Under the pieces are notes generated by a model. The model ran no database searches. It was not told the origin of the DNA and worked only from the letters and a program-made list of their open reading frames with translations. Shown one piece after another: positions 37,937-47,909 of a DNA stretch of 64,000 nucleotides. Made by a program: the position numbers and the translations under genes. This stretch comes from Candidatus Bathyarchaeia archaeon (GTDB taxonomy: Archaea > Thermoproteota > Bathyarchaeia > Bathyarchaeales > Bathycorpusculaceae), in assembly GCA_038883655.1 (NCBI GenBank), contig JAVZLQ010000001.1:1-64000 (forward strand), in the 5' to 3' direction. The number at the start of each line of letters is the position of its first letter. Position 1 is the first letter of the stretch.

Positions 37937-39400
37937 ATGGGCACAATAGTCGCCGTTATAAACAAAAGGGGAGAAAACGCTGCCGAACAAGCAGTGAAAA
38001 TGCTAAAAGTCCTGTCACACGGCGGCATAGAAAGATTTGGGCTAGCCTCGTCATCTGCCATAAAAATAGAGGATGCCGCCGAGAAACTGTTGTGCTCTGA
38101 TGTTAACTCGTCGATTGTCTTGGGATATGCCTTCTCAAGAATAACAGCGACGGACAAGCCGCAACCAGTAAAACTTGAAAATGCAGCATGCGTCTTTGAA
38201 GGAAGAATATATCCAACATCCATGGAGAGGTCAGATGCGGAAATTTTCGCTGAAAAAATACAGAAAGACTGTATCAGCAGCGCCAAAAGTTTTGTAATGA
38301 AAACCGAAAGCAGCTTCGCGTTTATTATTGCTGAACGGAAAAAGCTTATTGCGGGCAGGGATGCAATCGGCGTCTGTCCATTATATTTCGGCGAGAATAA
38401 GCAGTTAATTGCGCTTGCCTCTGGGAAGAAAGCCTTATGGAAAATTGGAATAGCAGATGCATGTTCTTTCCCACCTGGAAGTCTTCTAGTTGCGAGTAGA
38501 GGAGGCTTCAAAGTTAAGCATGTGAGAAGGTTATCTTGTGAAAAAATAAGTAGCGCGACAATGCGGGATGCATGTGAAGGGCTCTTAACTCTCTTACAAA
38601 GCTCAGTGGAGAAGCTGGTTGGTCTGCAGGATGTTGCTGTTGCGTTTTCAGGAGGACTTGACAGCAGCCTAATCGCTTTTCTGGCAAAAAGGGCTGGAGC
38701 GGATGCGCACCTAGTTCATGTCAGCCTAAAAAATCAGCCAGAAACAGCACATGCAATAAAAGTGGCTGAAGAGCTGAAACTCCCAATTCATGTCTACACT
38801 TACACGGTTGATGACGTTGAAGAAGCGCTGCCAAAAGTTCTTTGGCTTGTTGAAGAGCCGGAGCCAGTCAAGGTTAGCATAGGCGTGCCAATGTACTGGG
38901 CAGCGGAGAAAACATCTGAAATGGGTATAAAGGTTTTATTAGCGGGGCAAGGGGCTGATGAGCTTTTTGGTGGGTATAAGCGCTACTTAACTGCCTACGC
39001 AAGGTACGGAGAAAATAAAGTTAAGGAGATGTTGCTCAACGATGTTTTGGGCATTTCCGAAGCAAACGTCGAGAGGGACTATAAAATCTGCAACTTTTAC
39101 AATGTTGAGTTGCGTCTTCCATACTTAACGCACAAAATGGCAGAATTTGCCGTCAGCTTGCCTTTAAAATTTAAACTTAAACTGTCACGTGGTGGCATGC
39201 GCAAGCTCGTGTTAAGGGCGGCAGCCAAAAAACTTGGCTTACCAAAGACCGTGATAGAAAGACCTAAAAGGGCGATTCAATACGCAACTGGGGTGGATAG
39301 GGCAATTAAGAAGCTTGCCAAACAAGAAAATTTATCCACAAAGGAGTATTTAGCGCGAAACTTTCGCAGCGTTTTCGAGAGAGTGGTGAAAGATGGCTAG
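37937..39400 (+). CDS. Asparagine synthetase B-like protein lacking the N-terminal catalytic Cys
   Basis: RDAIGVCPL, FSGGLDSS, GQGADELFGGY, ELRLPYL, RPK; N-terminus MGTI rather than MCGI. Confidence 0.85.
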   Translation: MGTIVAVINKRGENAAEQAVKMLKVLSHGGIERFGLASSSAIKIEDAAEKLLCSDVNSSIVLGYAFSRITATDKPQPVKLENAACVFEGRIYPTSMERSDAEIFAEKIQKDCISSAKSFVMKTESSFAFIIAERKKLIAGRDAIGVCPLYFGENKQLIALASGKKALWKIGIADACSFPPGSLLVASRGGFKVKHVRRLSCEKISSATMRDACEGLLTLLQSSVEKLVGLQDVAVAFSGGLDSSLIAFLAKRAGADAHLVHVSLKNQPETAHAIKVAEELKLPIHVYTYTVDDVEEALPKVLWLVEEPEPVKVSIGVPMYWAAEKTSEMGIKVLLAGQGADELFGGYKRYLTAYARYGENKVKEMLLNDVLGISEANVERDYKICNFYNVELRLPYLTHKMAEFAVSLPLKFKLKLSRGGMRKLVLRAAAKKLGLPKTVIERPKRAIQYATGVDRAIKKLAKQENLSTKEYLARNFRSVFERVVKDG

Positions 39401-40457
39401 AACAGCGGTTATCTTTTCGCCCAAATATTACAAGCATAACACTGGTAGGGGGCATCCCGAATCTGCAAAACGCATCGGCGCAATCATAAAGGAATTGAGG
39501 ACGAGCGTAATCTCAAAGAGTGGGGATTGGCAATTTGTAGAACCAGAAAGAGCAAGCCTAGACAAGATTCAGCTCGTTCACAACCCCGATTACACGCGAT
39601 TTGTTAAAAACGTTTGCAAGGCAGGCGGTGGAATACTGGATTCTGGAGACACGGTGGTTTCAACAGAGAGCTTTGATGTTGCCACTTATGCTGTTGGTGG
39701 TGCACTTAAAGCTGTTGATCTAGTCATGAAAGAGAAATTTGAAAATGCCTTCGCGCTTGTTAGGCCTCCCGGACATCATGCTGGAAAATTTAGCGCCGCT
39801 GGCTTCTGCATTTTCAATAACGTTGCCGTAGCCGCTGAGCACTTGCTGAAAGATTTTGGTTTAAACCGCGTTTTGATTCTGGATATTGATGCGCATCATG
39901 GAAATGGCACACAAGAAATTTTCTACGGAACCAGCGAGGTTTTGTATGTTAGTCTGCATGAAGATCCGAGAAGTTTTCCGGGAACTGGCTTTGTGGATGA
40001 AATTGGGGAAGGCGAAGGATTAGGCTTTACCGTTAATGTTCCATTGCCTTTTGGGGCGAATGACCAAATATACCTCAAGGCGTTTAATGAAATAGTTGTT
40101 CCAATAATAAGCCAGTACAAACCCCAATTTATTCTTGTTTCAGCTGGTCTTGACGGACATTACACAGACCCAATTGCAAACCTGTCCCTATCCGCCCATT
40201 GTTACGGAAAAGTTTACGATGAAATTGTTAGACTATCGTCCAAACTGTGTCACGGAAAACTTTCTTTCGTTTTGGAGGGGGGTTACAGCCTAAAGTTTAT
40301 TGGGAAACTGGCAGCCTTTGCCATTGCAAAAATGAGTGGTTCAAATTATACCGTAAATGACGTGGCTATTGCTGCAAGTGCATGCGCAAAAAGGCTTGGT
40401 GAAAAAGTTTTGAGGGAAGTTAAGAAAGCACAAGGGCCTTTTTGGAATTTAAAATGA
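39393..40457 (+). CDS. Histone deacetylase / acetylpolyamine amidohydrolase family
   Basis: HPES, RPPGHHA, GFCIFNN, DIDAHHGNGT, SAGLD, LEGGY. Confidence 0.93.
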   Translation: MARTAVIFSPKYYKHNTGRGHPESAKRIGAIIKELRTSVISKSGDWQFVEPERASLDKIQLVHNPDYTRFVKNVCKAGGGILDSGDTVVSTESFDVATYAVGGALKAVDLVMKEKFENAFALVRPPGHHAGKFSAAGFCIFNNVAVAAEHLLKDFGLNRVLILDIDAHHGNGTQEIFYGTSEVLYVSLHEDPRSFPGTGFVDEIGEGEGLGFTVNVPLPFGANDQIYLKAFNEIVVPIISQYKPQFILVSAGLDGHYTDPIANLSLSAHCYGKVYDEIVRLSSKLCHGKLSFVLEGGYSLKFIGKLAAFAIAKMSGSNYTVNDVAIAASACAKRLGEKVLREVKKAQGPFWNLK

Positions 40458-40495
40458 CAGCCTAAAATAATATGAAGGAGAGGGTAGTTGCTGAT

Positions 40496-40678
40496 TTATT
40501 CAATGACTTGGATTGCGCTTTCTGGACATTGGACTTCGCATGCTCTGCAAACAAGGCATTCTTCGGGTTTCACTGGAACAGACTTTCCATCTTTTAATTC
40601 ATAGACGCCTACAGGACATGTGTCAACGCATGTCCCGCATCCAGTACACTTATCGTTATCAACAACTATTTTCACCAT
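40496..40678 (-). CDS. 2x[4Fe-4S] ferredoxin
   Basis: CTGCGTCVDTCP and CLVCRACEVQCP. Confidence 0.95.
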   Translation of the reverse strand: MVKIVVDNDKCTGCGTCVDTCPVGVYELKDGKSVPVKPEECLVCRACEVQCPESAIQVIE

Positions 40679-40746
40679 TTTCCTTATCCCTCACAGTTAG
40701 ATTCTCATTGAGAGAAAACTGGTGGAATAAAAGCCTTTAGGTTCAA

Positions 40747-42471
40747 TTAGCGGGTTTCTTCACGTAATCTTAGCAGAATTCCATTAATTGACATTTGAGC
40801 TTTCTCTTTCCTCTGCTGGTAATCAGCCAAAAGCTTTCTATACGCTTCTAACGATAATGTTCCTTGGCTATGGCGCGCTTCAATGCTTCTTATGTTGGCT
40901 TCAGCCTCGTTAATTTCCGTTTCTGCAATCTCAAGCTGCCGCATCAAATCCGCGTACAAGCCACCAGCTCTGCGCATCCGCTCTTTAAACTCCGCTAAGC
41001 TTCTATCCAAAGCGTTAAGCCTCATCTCAAACGTTCTCTTCTGCACCTTGTAACGTCTCCTTGAAATTTTTCCCTTGCGAACTCTAGTTTCTAAAGTGTC
41101 TAACTCAAAACGTATCTTACGCTTTTCCTCATACAGTCGCACGAAAGATTTAACGTATTCTGGCTGCAGTTTCGCGGCTACCGCGACTTGAACTGGAGCA
41201 GCTTTCGGTCTCCTCCAAACAACAGTTACTGCGCAGCCAGCAAGGGCCAAAGCCCAGATCCACAATGTCGGACGAAATGCCAACCATAATGGATTATACT
41301 CGTAGCCAATATACAAAACTTTCACTGGTGGGATGGTGCCTTCCAAGTAGCTTGCATGGTCCAAGTTAATTGTTAACGTTTCTTGGAAAACACTTTTTGA
41401 CATTTCACTTCTACTTGTGATGAATGTGTTTTCGAGATTTGTTATTCTAGCGCCCTCTGGCAATGTTAAAGTTAGAGAAGCGCTTTCAACGTGGTAGTTC
41501 AAGTTCTGGAACAGCAGCAGAGTTGCGTTAAAAGTGCCTTGTGCTGCAAAGTAAACCTGGCTTGGCAAAATATATCTCACGCTGAACCTGCCCGATTCGT
41601 AACTTCTAAGTGGCAAGTCAAAATTAACTTTGTATAACCCAGTTGTTTGGTTAATCCAGCTTGAGCTTAAGCTTCTTCCAAACTGGTCATAGGCTGTTGG
41701 GTTGGAGGCGTTTGGCGGGAGAACAATTATCATGTAATTCATGTCGGAAGGAGCTCTGTTTGTTATGTAGTAGTTGTCTGAACATTGGATTTCATTCGTC
41801 CCGCTTATGACCACTTCACGCTTTAACTCCTTTACGTCTAAAAGTTGAATTTCGTCGCTTGCTAATGCGGTTAACGAGAAGGTAACAGTCGCTATTGAAT
41901 ATGTGTAGGCGGGCAAGTTTTCTATGGAAAATTCAGTTTTGCTGGTTATTTCTCCGTCTTTTGAGACGATTATGTCTCCCGCTCCAGATGGCAGACTGAT
42001 TTTAACAGTACAGTTTTCAACCTCTTCTGTCAAGCTTGGATATGCAGGAAAATCTAACACGTATTTTGTTCCAGATTGATTCAGAAGCATGTTCGAAAGG
42101 ATGAACAAAACTGTAAACTTTTGTGGAGACGTGTCAGAAAGGTTCACTTTAACAGCGTAGAATCCTGCGCGTTCACCTAGGGGCACAGCGAGTGTAACTG
42201 GAAAATCTGTTGTTTCGCTATAGGCTATGCATTTCTGGATGTGTGCACCGTACTTATATGGAAAACCTATGAGAAAACTGTTCGGTGGTTGCCCAGAAAA
42301 TTCAATGGTATCATTTATTACAGCGTAGCCGTTACGCATTATCCCCACAGTGTGATACACTTTACTTATACTAAAGCTGCTTTGGGCATCCGCTTTTTTA
42401 ACTTGAAATGAAAATTGTAAGGCAATAACCATTATGACCACGATGGCGAATGCTATTGCGGCTTTTCTCAA
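40747..42471 (-). CDS. Ribophorin I (RPN1/Ost1)-like type I membrane protein
   Basis: Signal peptide, beta-rich ectodomain with ELKREVVIS..SDNYYITN, LPPNAS...DQFG, LTLPEGA; one TM helix; helical C-terminal domain. Confidence 0.65.
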   Translation of the reverse strand: MRKAAIAFAIVVIMVIALQFSFQVKKADAQSSFSISKVYHTVGIMRNGYAVINDTIEFSGQPPNSFLIGFPYKYGAHIQKCIAYSETTDFPVTLAVPLGERAGFYAVKVNLSDTSPQKFTVLFILSNMLLNQSGTKYVLDFPAYPSLTEEVENCTVKISLPSGAGDIIVSKDGEITSKTEFSIENLPAYTYSIATVTFSLTALASDEIQLLDVKELKREVVISGTNEIQCSDNYYITNRAPSDMNYMIIVLPPNASNPTAYDQFGRSLSSSWINQTTGLYKVNFDLPLRSYESGRFSVRYILPSQVYFAAQGTFNATLLLFQNLNYHVESASLTLTLPEGARITNLENTFITSRSEMSKSVFQETLTINLDHASYLEGTIPPVKVLYIGYEYNPLWLAFRPTLWIWALALAGCAVTVVWRRPKAAPVQVAVAAKLQPEYVKSFVRLYEEKRKIRFELDTLETRVRKGKISRRRYKVQKRTFEMRLNALDRSLAEFKERMRRAGGLYADLMRQLEIAETEINEAEANIRSIEARHSQGTLSLEAYRKLLADYQQRKEKAQMSINGILLRLREETR

Positions 42472-42525
42472 AGCTTGTCCTCCACGAATTTTAACCGTTG
42501 ACTTCCTATTATTCGATTGGCTTAT

Positions 42526-43026
42526 TTATTTACTTTTAGAATACATGCCAAGGTTTCGTATATACTTACCCCTCACCACAGCATTTGTAACCCTATTTTC
42601 ACGAACTTTCGAAAGTTCAAAAATGAAAACTTCCCTTTCCTCACCATTCGCATCCACTTGAACGTCTTTTCTCACATTTAAAACGTTGTATCGTCCGAGA
42701 AAAGCATACCTTCCAGGAGACTTCTTTTCAAAAACGTATAACGGATATTTCTCTTCAACCTGCCTTTTTAACGCAAGGTTTCCTCTAGCCATCTTCTGGT
42801 TTCCAAAGCGCCCTTCGCCCGTGTAAAGGATTATGTTGCCAGTCATTTTATCATCGTATGGGTTCAACCTAAAATCTTCGGGAGACTTTTGAAAAGCTGC
42901 AACCAAAACCACGTATTGAATTCCTTTGCGTATGCTTCCTTTGTATCTTATTCCTCTATGTGCACAGACGTCGAATTTTCTTGAAATTTCTATGTTACTT
43001 AAAATTTGTCCCTCTTTAAGCTTCAT
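42526..43026 (-). CDS. Stand-alone SRA/YDG-like modified-DNA-binding domain protein
   Basis: RGIR, PYDD, YTGEGRFGNQ..RGN, LYVFEK, YAFLGRY; no HNH domain. Confidence 0.75.
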   Translation of the reverse strand: MKLKEGQILSNIEISRKFDVCAHRGIRYKGSIRKGIQYVVLVAAFQKSPEDFRLNPYDDKMTGNIILYTGEGRFGNQKMARGNLALKRQVEEKYPLYVFEKKSPGRYAFLGRYNVLNVRKDVQVDANGEEREVFIFELSKVRENRVTNAVVRGKYIRNLGMYSKSK

Positions 43027-43106
43027 GTTTGGGGCGCACACGGACTATTGAAAAGTGCAAAATGGTAATAAGAGTTTACGCCAAAATCGTTTCGGAGAAA
43101 TTAGTC

Positions 43107-43877
43107 TTGCTTTATGATGCGGTTCAGAGACATCTAGCCATCGAAAAGCTAGTTACACGTTTAGGCTCAAACGGGCTGGAGCGAAAATATTATCGCATTA
43201 GACCAGCAAGGTGGTATGGCGGAATTGTAACCGCTGACTGTGTTGGATGCGGTTTAGTGTGTAGGTTTTGTTGGGTTGCAGACGCGGTTATGTTTCATCC
43301 AGCAGATGTGGGAAAGTTTTATACGCCGCGTGAAGTTGCTGATGGTTTGATTGCTTTAGCCAAAAAATGCGGCTTGAAGCTTTTGAGAGTAAGCGGTGGA
43401 GAACCAACAATTGGAAAACCACACCTTCTAAGGCTTCTCGAAGCGTTAGATGGAAAAGGCTACCGTTTTATTCTTGAAACAAACGGCATACTAATAGCTC
43501 ATGACGAGGGTTATGCTGAAAGCCTAGCAAAACACAAGTTTGTTCACGTGAGAGTTTCTTTGAAAGGTTGCTGTGAAGAAGAGTTTGCGAGGTTGACTGG
43601 CGCCAAGCCTGAAGGCTTCACACTACAGCTTAAAGCCTTACAATTGCTCATGGAAAGCGGCGTTAGCTGCCATGCTTCTGTTATGTCTTCTTTCTCAACC
43701 AAAGAAAATCTTCAAGCCTTAACGCATAGGCTTATGCGTATAAGTCCAGAATTGGTTGAAGAACTAGAAATCGAGGAGCTTATCCTCTACCCACACGTGA
43801 CAAGACGCTTGCAGAAGTATGGTTTAAAACATTTTACGGGCTACACGCCAGACAAAGTTCCGCCAGAACAAGTTTAA
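43107..43877 (+). CDS. Radical SAM protein (uncharacterised archaeal family)
   Basis: CGLVCRFC, RVSGGEP, LETNG, RVSLKG; start moved to TTG after GGAG. Confidence 0.9.
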   Translation: MLYDAVQRHLAIEKLVTRLGSNGLERKYYRIRPARWYGGIVTADCVGCGLVCRFCWVADAVMFHPADVGKFYTPREVADGLIALAKKCGLKLLRVSGGEPTIGKPHLLRLLEALDGKGYRFILETNGILIAHDEGYAESLAKHKFVHVRVSLKGCCEEEFARLTGAKPEGFTLQLKALQLLMESGVSCHASVMSSFSTKENLQALTHRLMRISPELVEELEIEELILYPHVTRRLQKYGLKHFTGYTPDKVPPEQV

Positions 43878-43896
43878 GACGCATGTGCTTGAGCGT

Positions 43897-44247
43897 TTAT
43901 AACTCGCCATGTTTAAGGTAATAATTTTCCTCTTTCTTCGGTCCAAAGCTTCTTACGCCTTTCGCCTTTAACTGTCTTCTAAGCTGGGCGGCATAATCCT
44001 TTCCTATTTCGCCTCGCTTTTCCATGTAAGCAATTATTTCTTCCGCTTGTTCTTCGGTGTCGCATCTGCGTATAAAGTCGATGACGTCTGGCATGTAGTT
44101 TGTGAAGTTTTTCTTTGAAGAAGCCCTTTTTTCTCCAACTTCGGTGTCCGTCCGTACAGAGTTTATTGAAAGTCTGTGTTCGCCGGATTCTATTTCCTTT
44201 GCTAGGTTTGGAAACATTCTTTTGAAGGTTTCTTTATCGAATTCCAA
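43897..44247 (-). CDS. DUF2095 family protein
   Basis: FPNLAKE, PDVIDFIRRC, GVRSFGPKKE. Confidence 0.85.
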   Translation of the reverse strand: MEFDKETFKRMFPNLAKEIESGEHRLSINSVRTDTEVGEKRASSKKNFTNYMPDVIDFIRRCDTEEQAEEIIAYMEKRGEIGKDYAAQLRRQLKAKGVRSFGPKKEENYYLKHGEL

Positions 44248-44324
44248 ACGTGCACCTTCAGCTTTCTAGTCTTCAAAGCATAATTTGGGAAATCACGTAT
44301 TTAAATCTCTGCAGTTGAAACTAG

Positions 44325-44942
44325 CTAAAAAGGAACAAAACGTTTTATTGGGTTCTCTTTTAACAGTTTTTCAAGCTCTTCTATGCCTAAACCAGTTATG
44401 ATGTCGCCGTAAATGTCACATCTCTCCTTTCTTAATCGTTCTTCGGGGCTACGCACAATAACTTCAATTTCCTCTTTTGTTGGTGACTCAAGGAATATGT
44501 GAAGTGAATCACGTTTTTCTTCCTTATCCACTGCTGTTACTTGTTGTGCGTGAACAATTTTTAAGCCGCTTTTTTCCAAAGTTTCTTGCACTTCTTCTGG
44601 TTTGTCATGGAACGCTATTATGTCTATATCGCTTTGATGGTGAATTGTTCCGCGCCAAACGCTTCCAACAACTATTGGATAATACTTCGCTAAAAGCTTC
44701 ATTATGCTGAGGGCTTCTCTTCGCATTTTGATTAGACGTTCTTGTCTGGCTTTTCCCTCGTACTCATCGGCGATTCTGTCCAGTTCAACTGCAACCTCAA
44801 TATTTGTTGGAAGAAATTTCACGCCAAACGCTTCTGCAGCCCTAACCTTGGCTTGCTTAAACTCCTTTTCTACGCCAAAATAGATTAGGCTGGCTGCCTC
44901 CCTCGCAACTTTCTTGCGCTTTTCTGTGCGGCTCGTTTTCAA
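44325..44942 (-). CDS. Nucleotidyltransferase-domain protein
   Basis: VGSVWRG...SDID, CDIYGD. Confidence 0.8.
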   Translation of the reverse strand: MKTSRTEKRKKVAREAASLIYFGVEKEFKQAKVRAAEAFGVKFLPTNIEVAVELDRIADEYEGKARQERLIKMRREALSIMKLLAKYYPIVVGSVWRGTIHHQSDIDIIAFHDKPEEVQETLEKSGLKIVHAQQVTAVDKEEKRDSLHIFLESPTKEEIEVIVRSPEERLRKERCDIYGDIITGLGIEELEKLLKENPIKRFVPF

Positions 44943-44970
44943 CTGTTCACCTAAAATTTGAGTGCCGCTT

Positions 44971-46233
44971 TTAGCGCTTTAACACTTGCTCATAAAGTGC
45001 AATGGTTTTTTCAGCCACCTTATCCCACGTAAATTCTTCAAGAACCCTGCGCCTGCCGTTTTTTCCAAGCCACTTCTTCTTTTCTGGACTTTCCAATGCG
45101 CTTGTTATGCCCCATGCGATGTCGGCTGGACTGTTTGGGTTTATGTGAAAGCCACATTGCTCTTCGCCGCAGCATATAACCACTTCCCGCATTCCGCTTA
45201 CGCCCGCCGCCCCGACAACAACTGGACGTTCCATGCTCATTGCTTCAAGCACCACTATCCCGAAAGGCTCGTAGAGGCTTGGAAAAACCGCGACGTCGCA
45301 TGCCGCATAATGCAAGATTCGCTCCTCTTCGGGGATAAATTCAAAATTCAGTTTGACAAAGTCTTGAAGTCTCATTGTTTTGACGAGGTTTACAAGGTAA
45401 TCTTGTAAGTCTCCAACGCCAACAATGACAAGTTTCGCCTTTGGAATCTTCTGCAGCACGTGCGGCATAGCCATGACAAGCCTATCAACACCCTTAACTC
45501 CGACAAGTCTTCCGAGGAAAAGAATCATCTGCTCGTCTTCCTTTATGCTATATTTCTCCCTAACATTCTTTGCTTGTTCAAGGTTTACCGCTTCTGGATT
45601 ATACTTCTGTGGGTCAACGCCGTTATAGCAGACTTGAATTTTCTCTTGTGGGAATCCAAGTTTTATAAGCTCATCCTTCATTGCATAAGAAACAGTTATT
45701 ATCATGTCCGCCGCCTTTGCGCCGTGCAGTTCGATGTTGCTTACGACTTCTGACCCATTTCCGAGGGTGCGTCCCCTCTCTGTTGAGTGCACGTGAAAAA
45801 CGAATGGAAGTCCAACTTCCTTTTTGATTGTTATGCCGCTTATCGCCGAAAGCCAGTCATGCGCAATCACGATATCGTATTTGAAGTTCTCCTTCCTAAT
45901 TAGCTCATTAACGAGCTTCGAAGCGCTAAGGTAATTGTAGACGAGGATTTTCGAGAATAATTGTATTCCTCTACCCCACTTTTTCACGTCCTCGGCAACA
46001 ACATCCGGCAGCGAGTCAGATATGTCAATGTGCAGTGGACGGTGGATTTCGATTCCTCGCCAAATCTCTCTTGTTGGGAGGCTTCCCTCGTCATCATTCA
46101 TTGTGAAAACTGTCACGTCGTGGTCCATTAAGACGAATTTACGCGTGATTTCCGCAGCGTAAGTGCCTAAACCCCCAACTATTTTTGGTGGATACTCATA
46201 GACGAGCACAGCCATCTTCATAGCCTTCACCAT
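44971..46233 (-). CDS. GT4 glycosyltransferase, probable glycogen synthase
   Basis: EYPPKIVGGLG, AHDW, HSTE, GRLVGVKG, PSLYEPFGIVVLEAM. Confidence 0.88.
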   Translation of the reverse strand: MVKAMKMAVLVYEYPPKIVGGLGTYAAEITRKFVLMDHDVTVFTMNDDEGSLPTREIWRGIEIHRPLHIDISDSLPDVVAEDVKKWGRGIQLFSKILVYNYLSASKLVNELIRKENFKYDIVIAHDWLSAISGITIKKEVGLPFVFHVHSTERGRTLGNGSEVVSNIELHGAKAADMIITVSYAMKDELIKLGFPQEKIQVCYNGVDPQKYNPEAVNLEQAKNVREKYSIKEDEQMILFLGRLVGVKGVDRLVMAMPHVLQKIPKAKLVIVGVGDLQDYLVNLVKTMRLQDFVKLNFEFIPEEERILHYAACDVAVFPSLYEPFGIVVLEAMSMERPVVVGAAGVSGMREVVICCGEEQCGFHINPNSPADIAWGITSALESPEKKKWLGKNGRRRVLEEFTWDKVAEKTIALYEQVLKR

Positions 46234-46433
46234 TTCTCCAGCACTAAACGGTGCTATTGCTTAATAAAACATCCCTTATTTACGTTTCTCGCGCTTGCTA
46301 CCAGTATGCTTCAAACACTCACTATTCACCTGGTGTTACGCCAACACGTCAACCTATAAATTAATTGCTACAATTCATAAAACTCTTCCGTAATGAATAA
46401 TAAATAAGACAGGAAAATAATTATTGGATAATC

Positions 46434-47780
46434 ATGCATAAAAAATTAATGTTTATCTTAGTTATTATGGCATTTTTTATTCTAACCGTGCCATTTTCCT
46501 CATGTAAAGCCCAAGAAACAGAAGTAAATGGAATTATCTACATAAAGGCTGATGGAAGTGTGGTACCTTTAAATGCAAACATCACAACACAAGATAATAA
46601 AACTTACACATTCATTGACGATGTTCATGGCTCGATAATCGTAGAAAGAGACAACATAGTTATCGATGGTTTCGGTCACATGTTGCAGGGTTACGGAAGC
46701 GGAAGCGGAATAAACCTAACTAATAGGGATAATGTGACAATAAGAAACATGTTAATCAAAAATTTTGATGAAGGAATTCGACTTTGTAACTCATCAAACA
46801 ACAACATTACTGAAATCAACATTACATTGTGTAGTTGGTATGCCATTTTTGCAATTTGGTCCAGTAATAATGATATATCAAAAAATGTGATATCAAACAA
46901 CGGAGCAGGTATTTGGCTTAAAGGTGAATCCAACAATAACACGATAAGAGAAAACGTCATAAAAAATAACACGTGCGTTGTTGGCAATGGTATTGGATTA
47001 TCTGGTGTTTCAAGCAATTACATATACAAAAATACAATAGTGAATAATAATTATGGTATTTGGATTAAACTGTCATCAAGCAACAACGTTATCAGTGAAA
47101 ATAACATAATATCAAATTACATCTATAACATATGGTTCCGTGAATCTTCAAATAATAAAGTGTATCATAACAATTTTATAAGTGAAACTTGTCAAGCTTT
47201 TTTGGAAAGTTCAATAAACATCTGGGATAATGGCTACCCTTCAGGCGGAAACTATTGGAGCAATTATACGGGCATGGATGTGAAATGGGGCATGGAACAG
47301 AATGAGCAGGGAAGCGACGGAATAGGCGATACTGTACAACATGTTGATGAGAATAATGTGGATCGTTACCCTCTCATGGCACCAATTACTATTTTTGAAG
47401 CTGGTGTTTGGGACGGAACAGCATACGATGTTGCCATAATCAGTAATTCAATCATCGCGGATTTCCATTTCAATCCATTTGATGCTTCCATAGAATTAAA
47501 TTTAACCGACCAAAATGGAACGAACTTCTGTAGGTTGATCATTCCAAAAAGTCTATTATGGGCTGGAGAGGATGAGTGGACGATTTTGGCTGATGATGTA
47601 ATGTTAGATTACATGACAATTTCGGACGAAAAAACTACGTATTTATACTTTACCTATGACTATGCGAATCACATAATCATTCAAGGAAGAGGTGCCATAT
47701 CAGAATTTCGACAAATGTTTTTACTTTTGCTATTAGTTATAATTGTGATAATTGAAATGGCACTAGCGACCAAGATTTAG
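46434..47780 (+). CDS. Secreted NosD/PbH1 beta-helix surface protein with a degenerate PEF-CTERM-like anchor
   Basis: Signal peptide, Asn-rich SSNNNI/GI repeats, WDNGYPSGGNYWS, DGIGD, DRYPL, terminal ISEF + TM; visibly AT-rich. Confidence 0.85.
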   Translation: MHKKLMFILVIMAFFILTVPFSSCKAQETEVNGIIYIKADGSVVPLNANITTQDNKTYTFIDDVHGSIIVERDNIVIDGFGHMLQGYGSGSGINLTNRDNVTIRNMLIKNFDEGIRLCNSSNNNITEINITLCSWYAIFAIWSSNNDISKNVISNNGAGIWLKGESNNNTIRENVIKNNTCVVGNGIGLSGVSSNYIYKNTIVNNNYGIWIKLSSSNNVISENNIISNYIYNIWFRESSNNKVYHNNFISETCQAFLESSINIWDNGYPSGGNYWSNYTGMDVKWGMEQNEQGSDGIGDTVQHVDENNVDRYPLMAPITIFEAGVWDGTAYDVAIISNSIIADFHFNPFDASIELNLTDQNGTNFCRLIIPKSLLWAGEDEWTILADDVMLDYMTISDEKTTYLYFTYDYANHIIIQGRGAISEFRQMFLLLLLVIIVIIEMALATKI

Positions 47781-47909
47781 CGAGGAAAATTGAATCTTTG
47801 AATAAACCATCTGTGTGAACTGTTGTTTCGTAATGCGTTCATTTTTCTGGCATCCAATAGTATGCGAAAATTGAAAAAGGCTATAAGCACAATAATAATA
47901 GAACTGTAA

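Noticed and set aside
46700-47200. AAT/AAC-rich repeats as a DNA repeat array
   Set aside because: Explained by Asn-rich beta-helix protein repeats; no fixed repeat-spacer pattern
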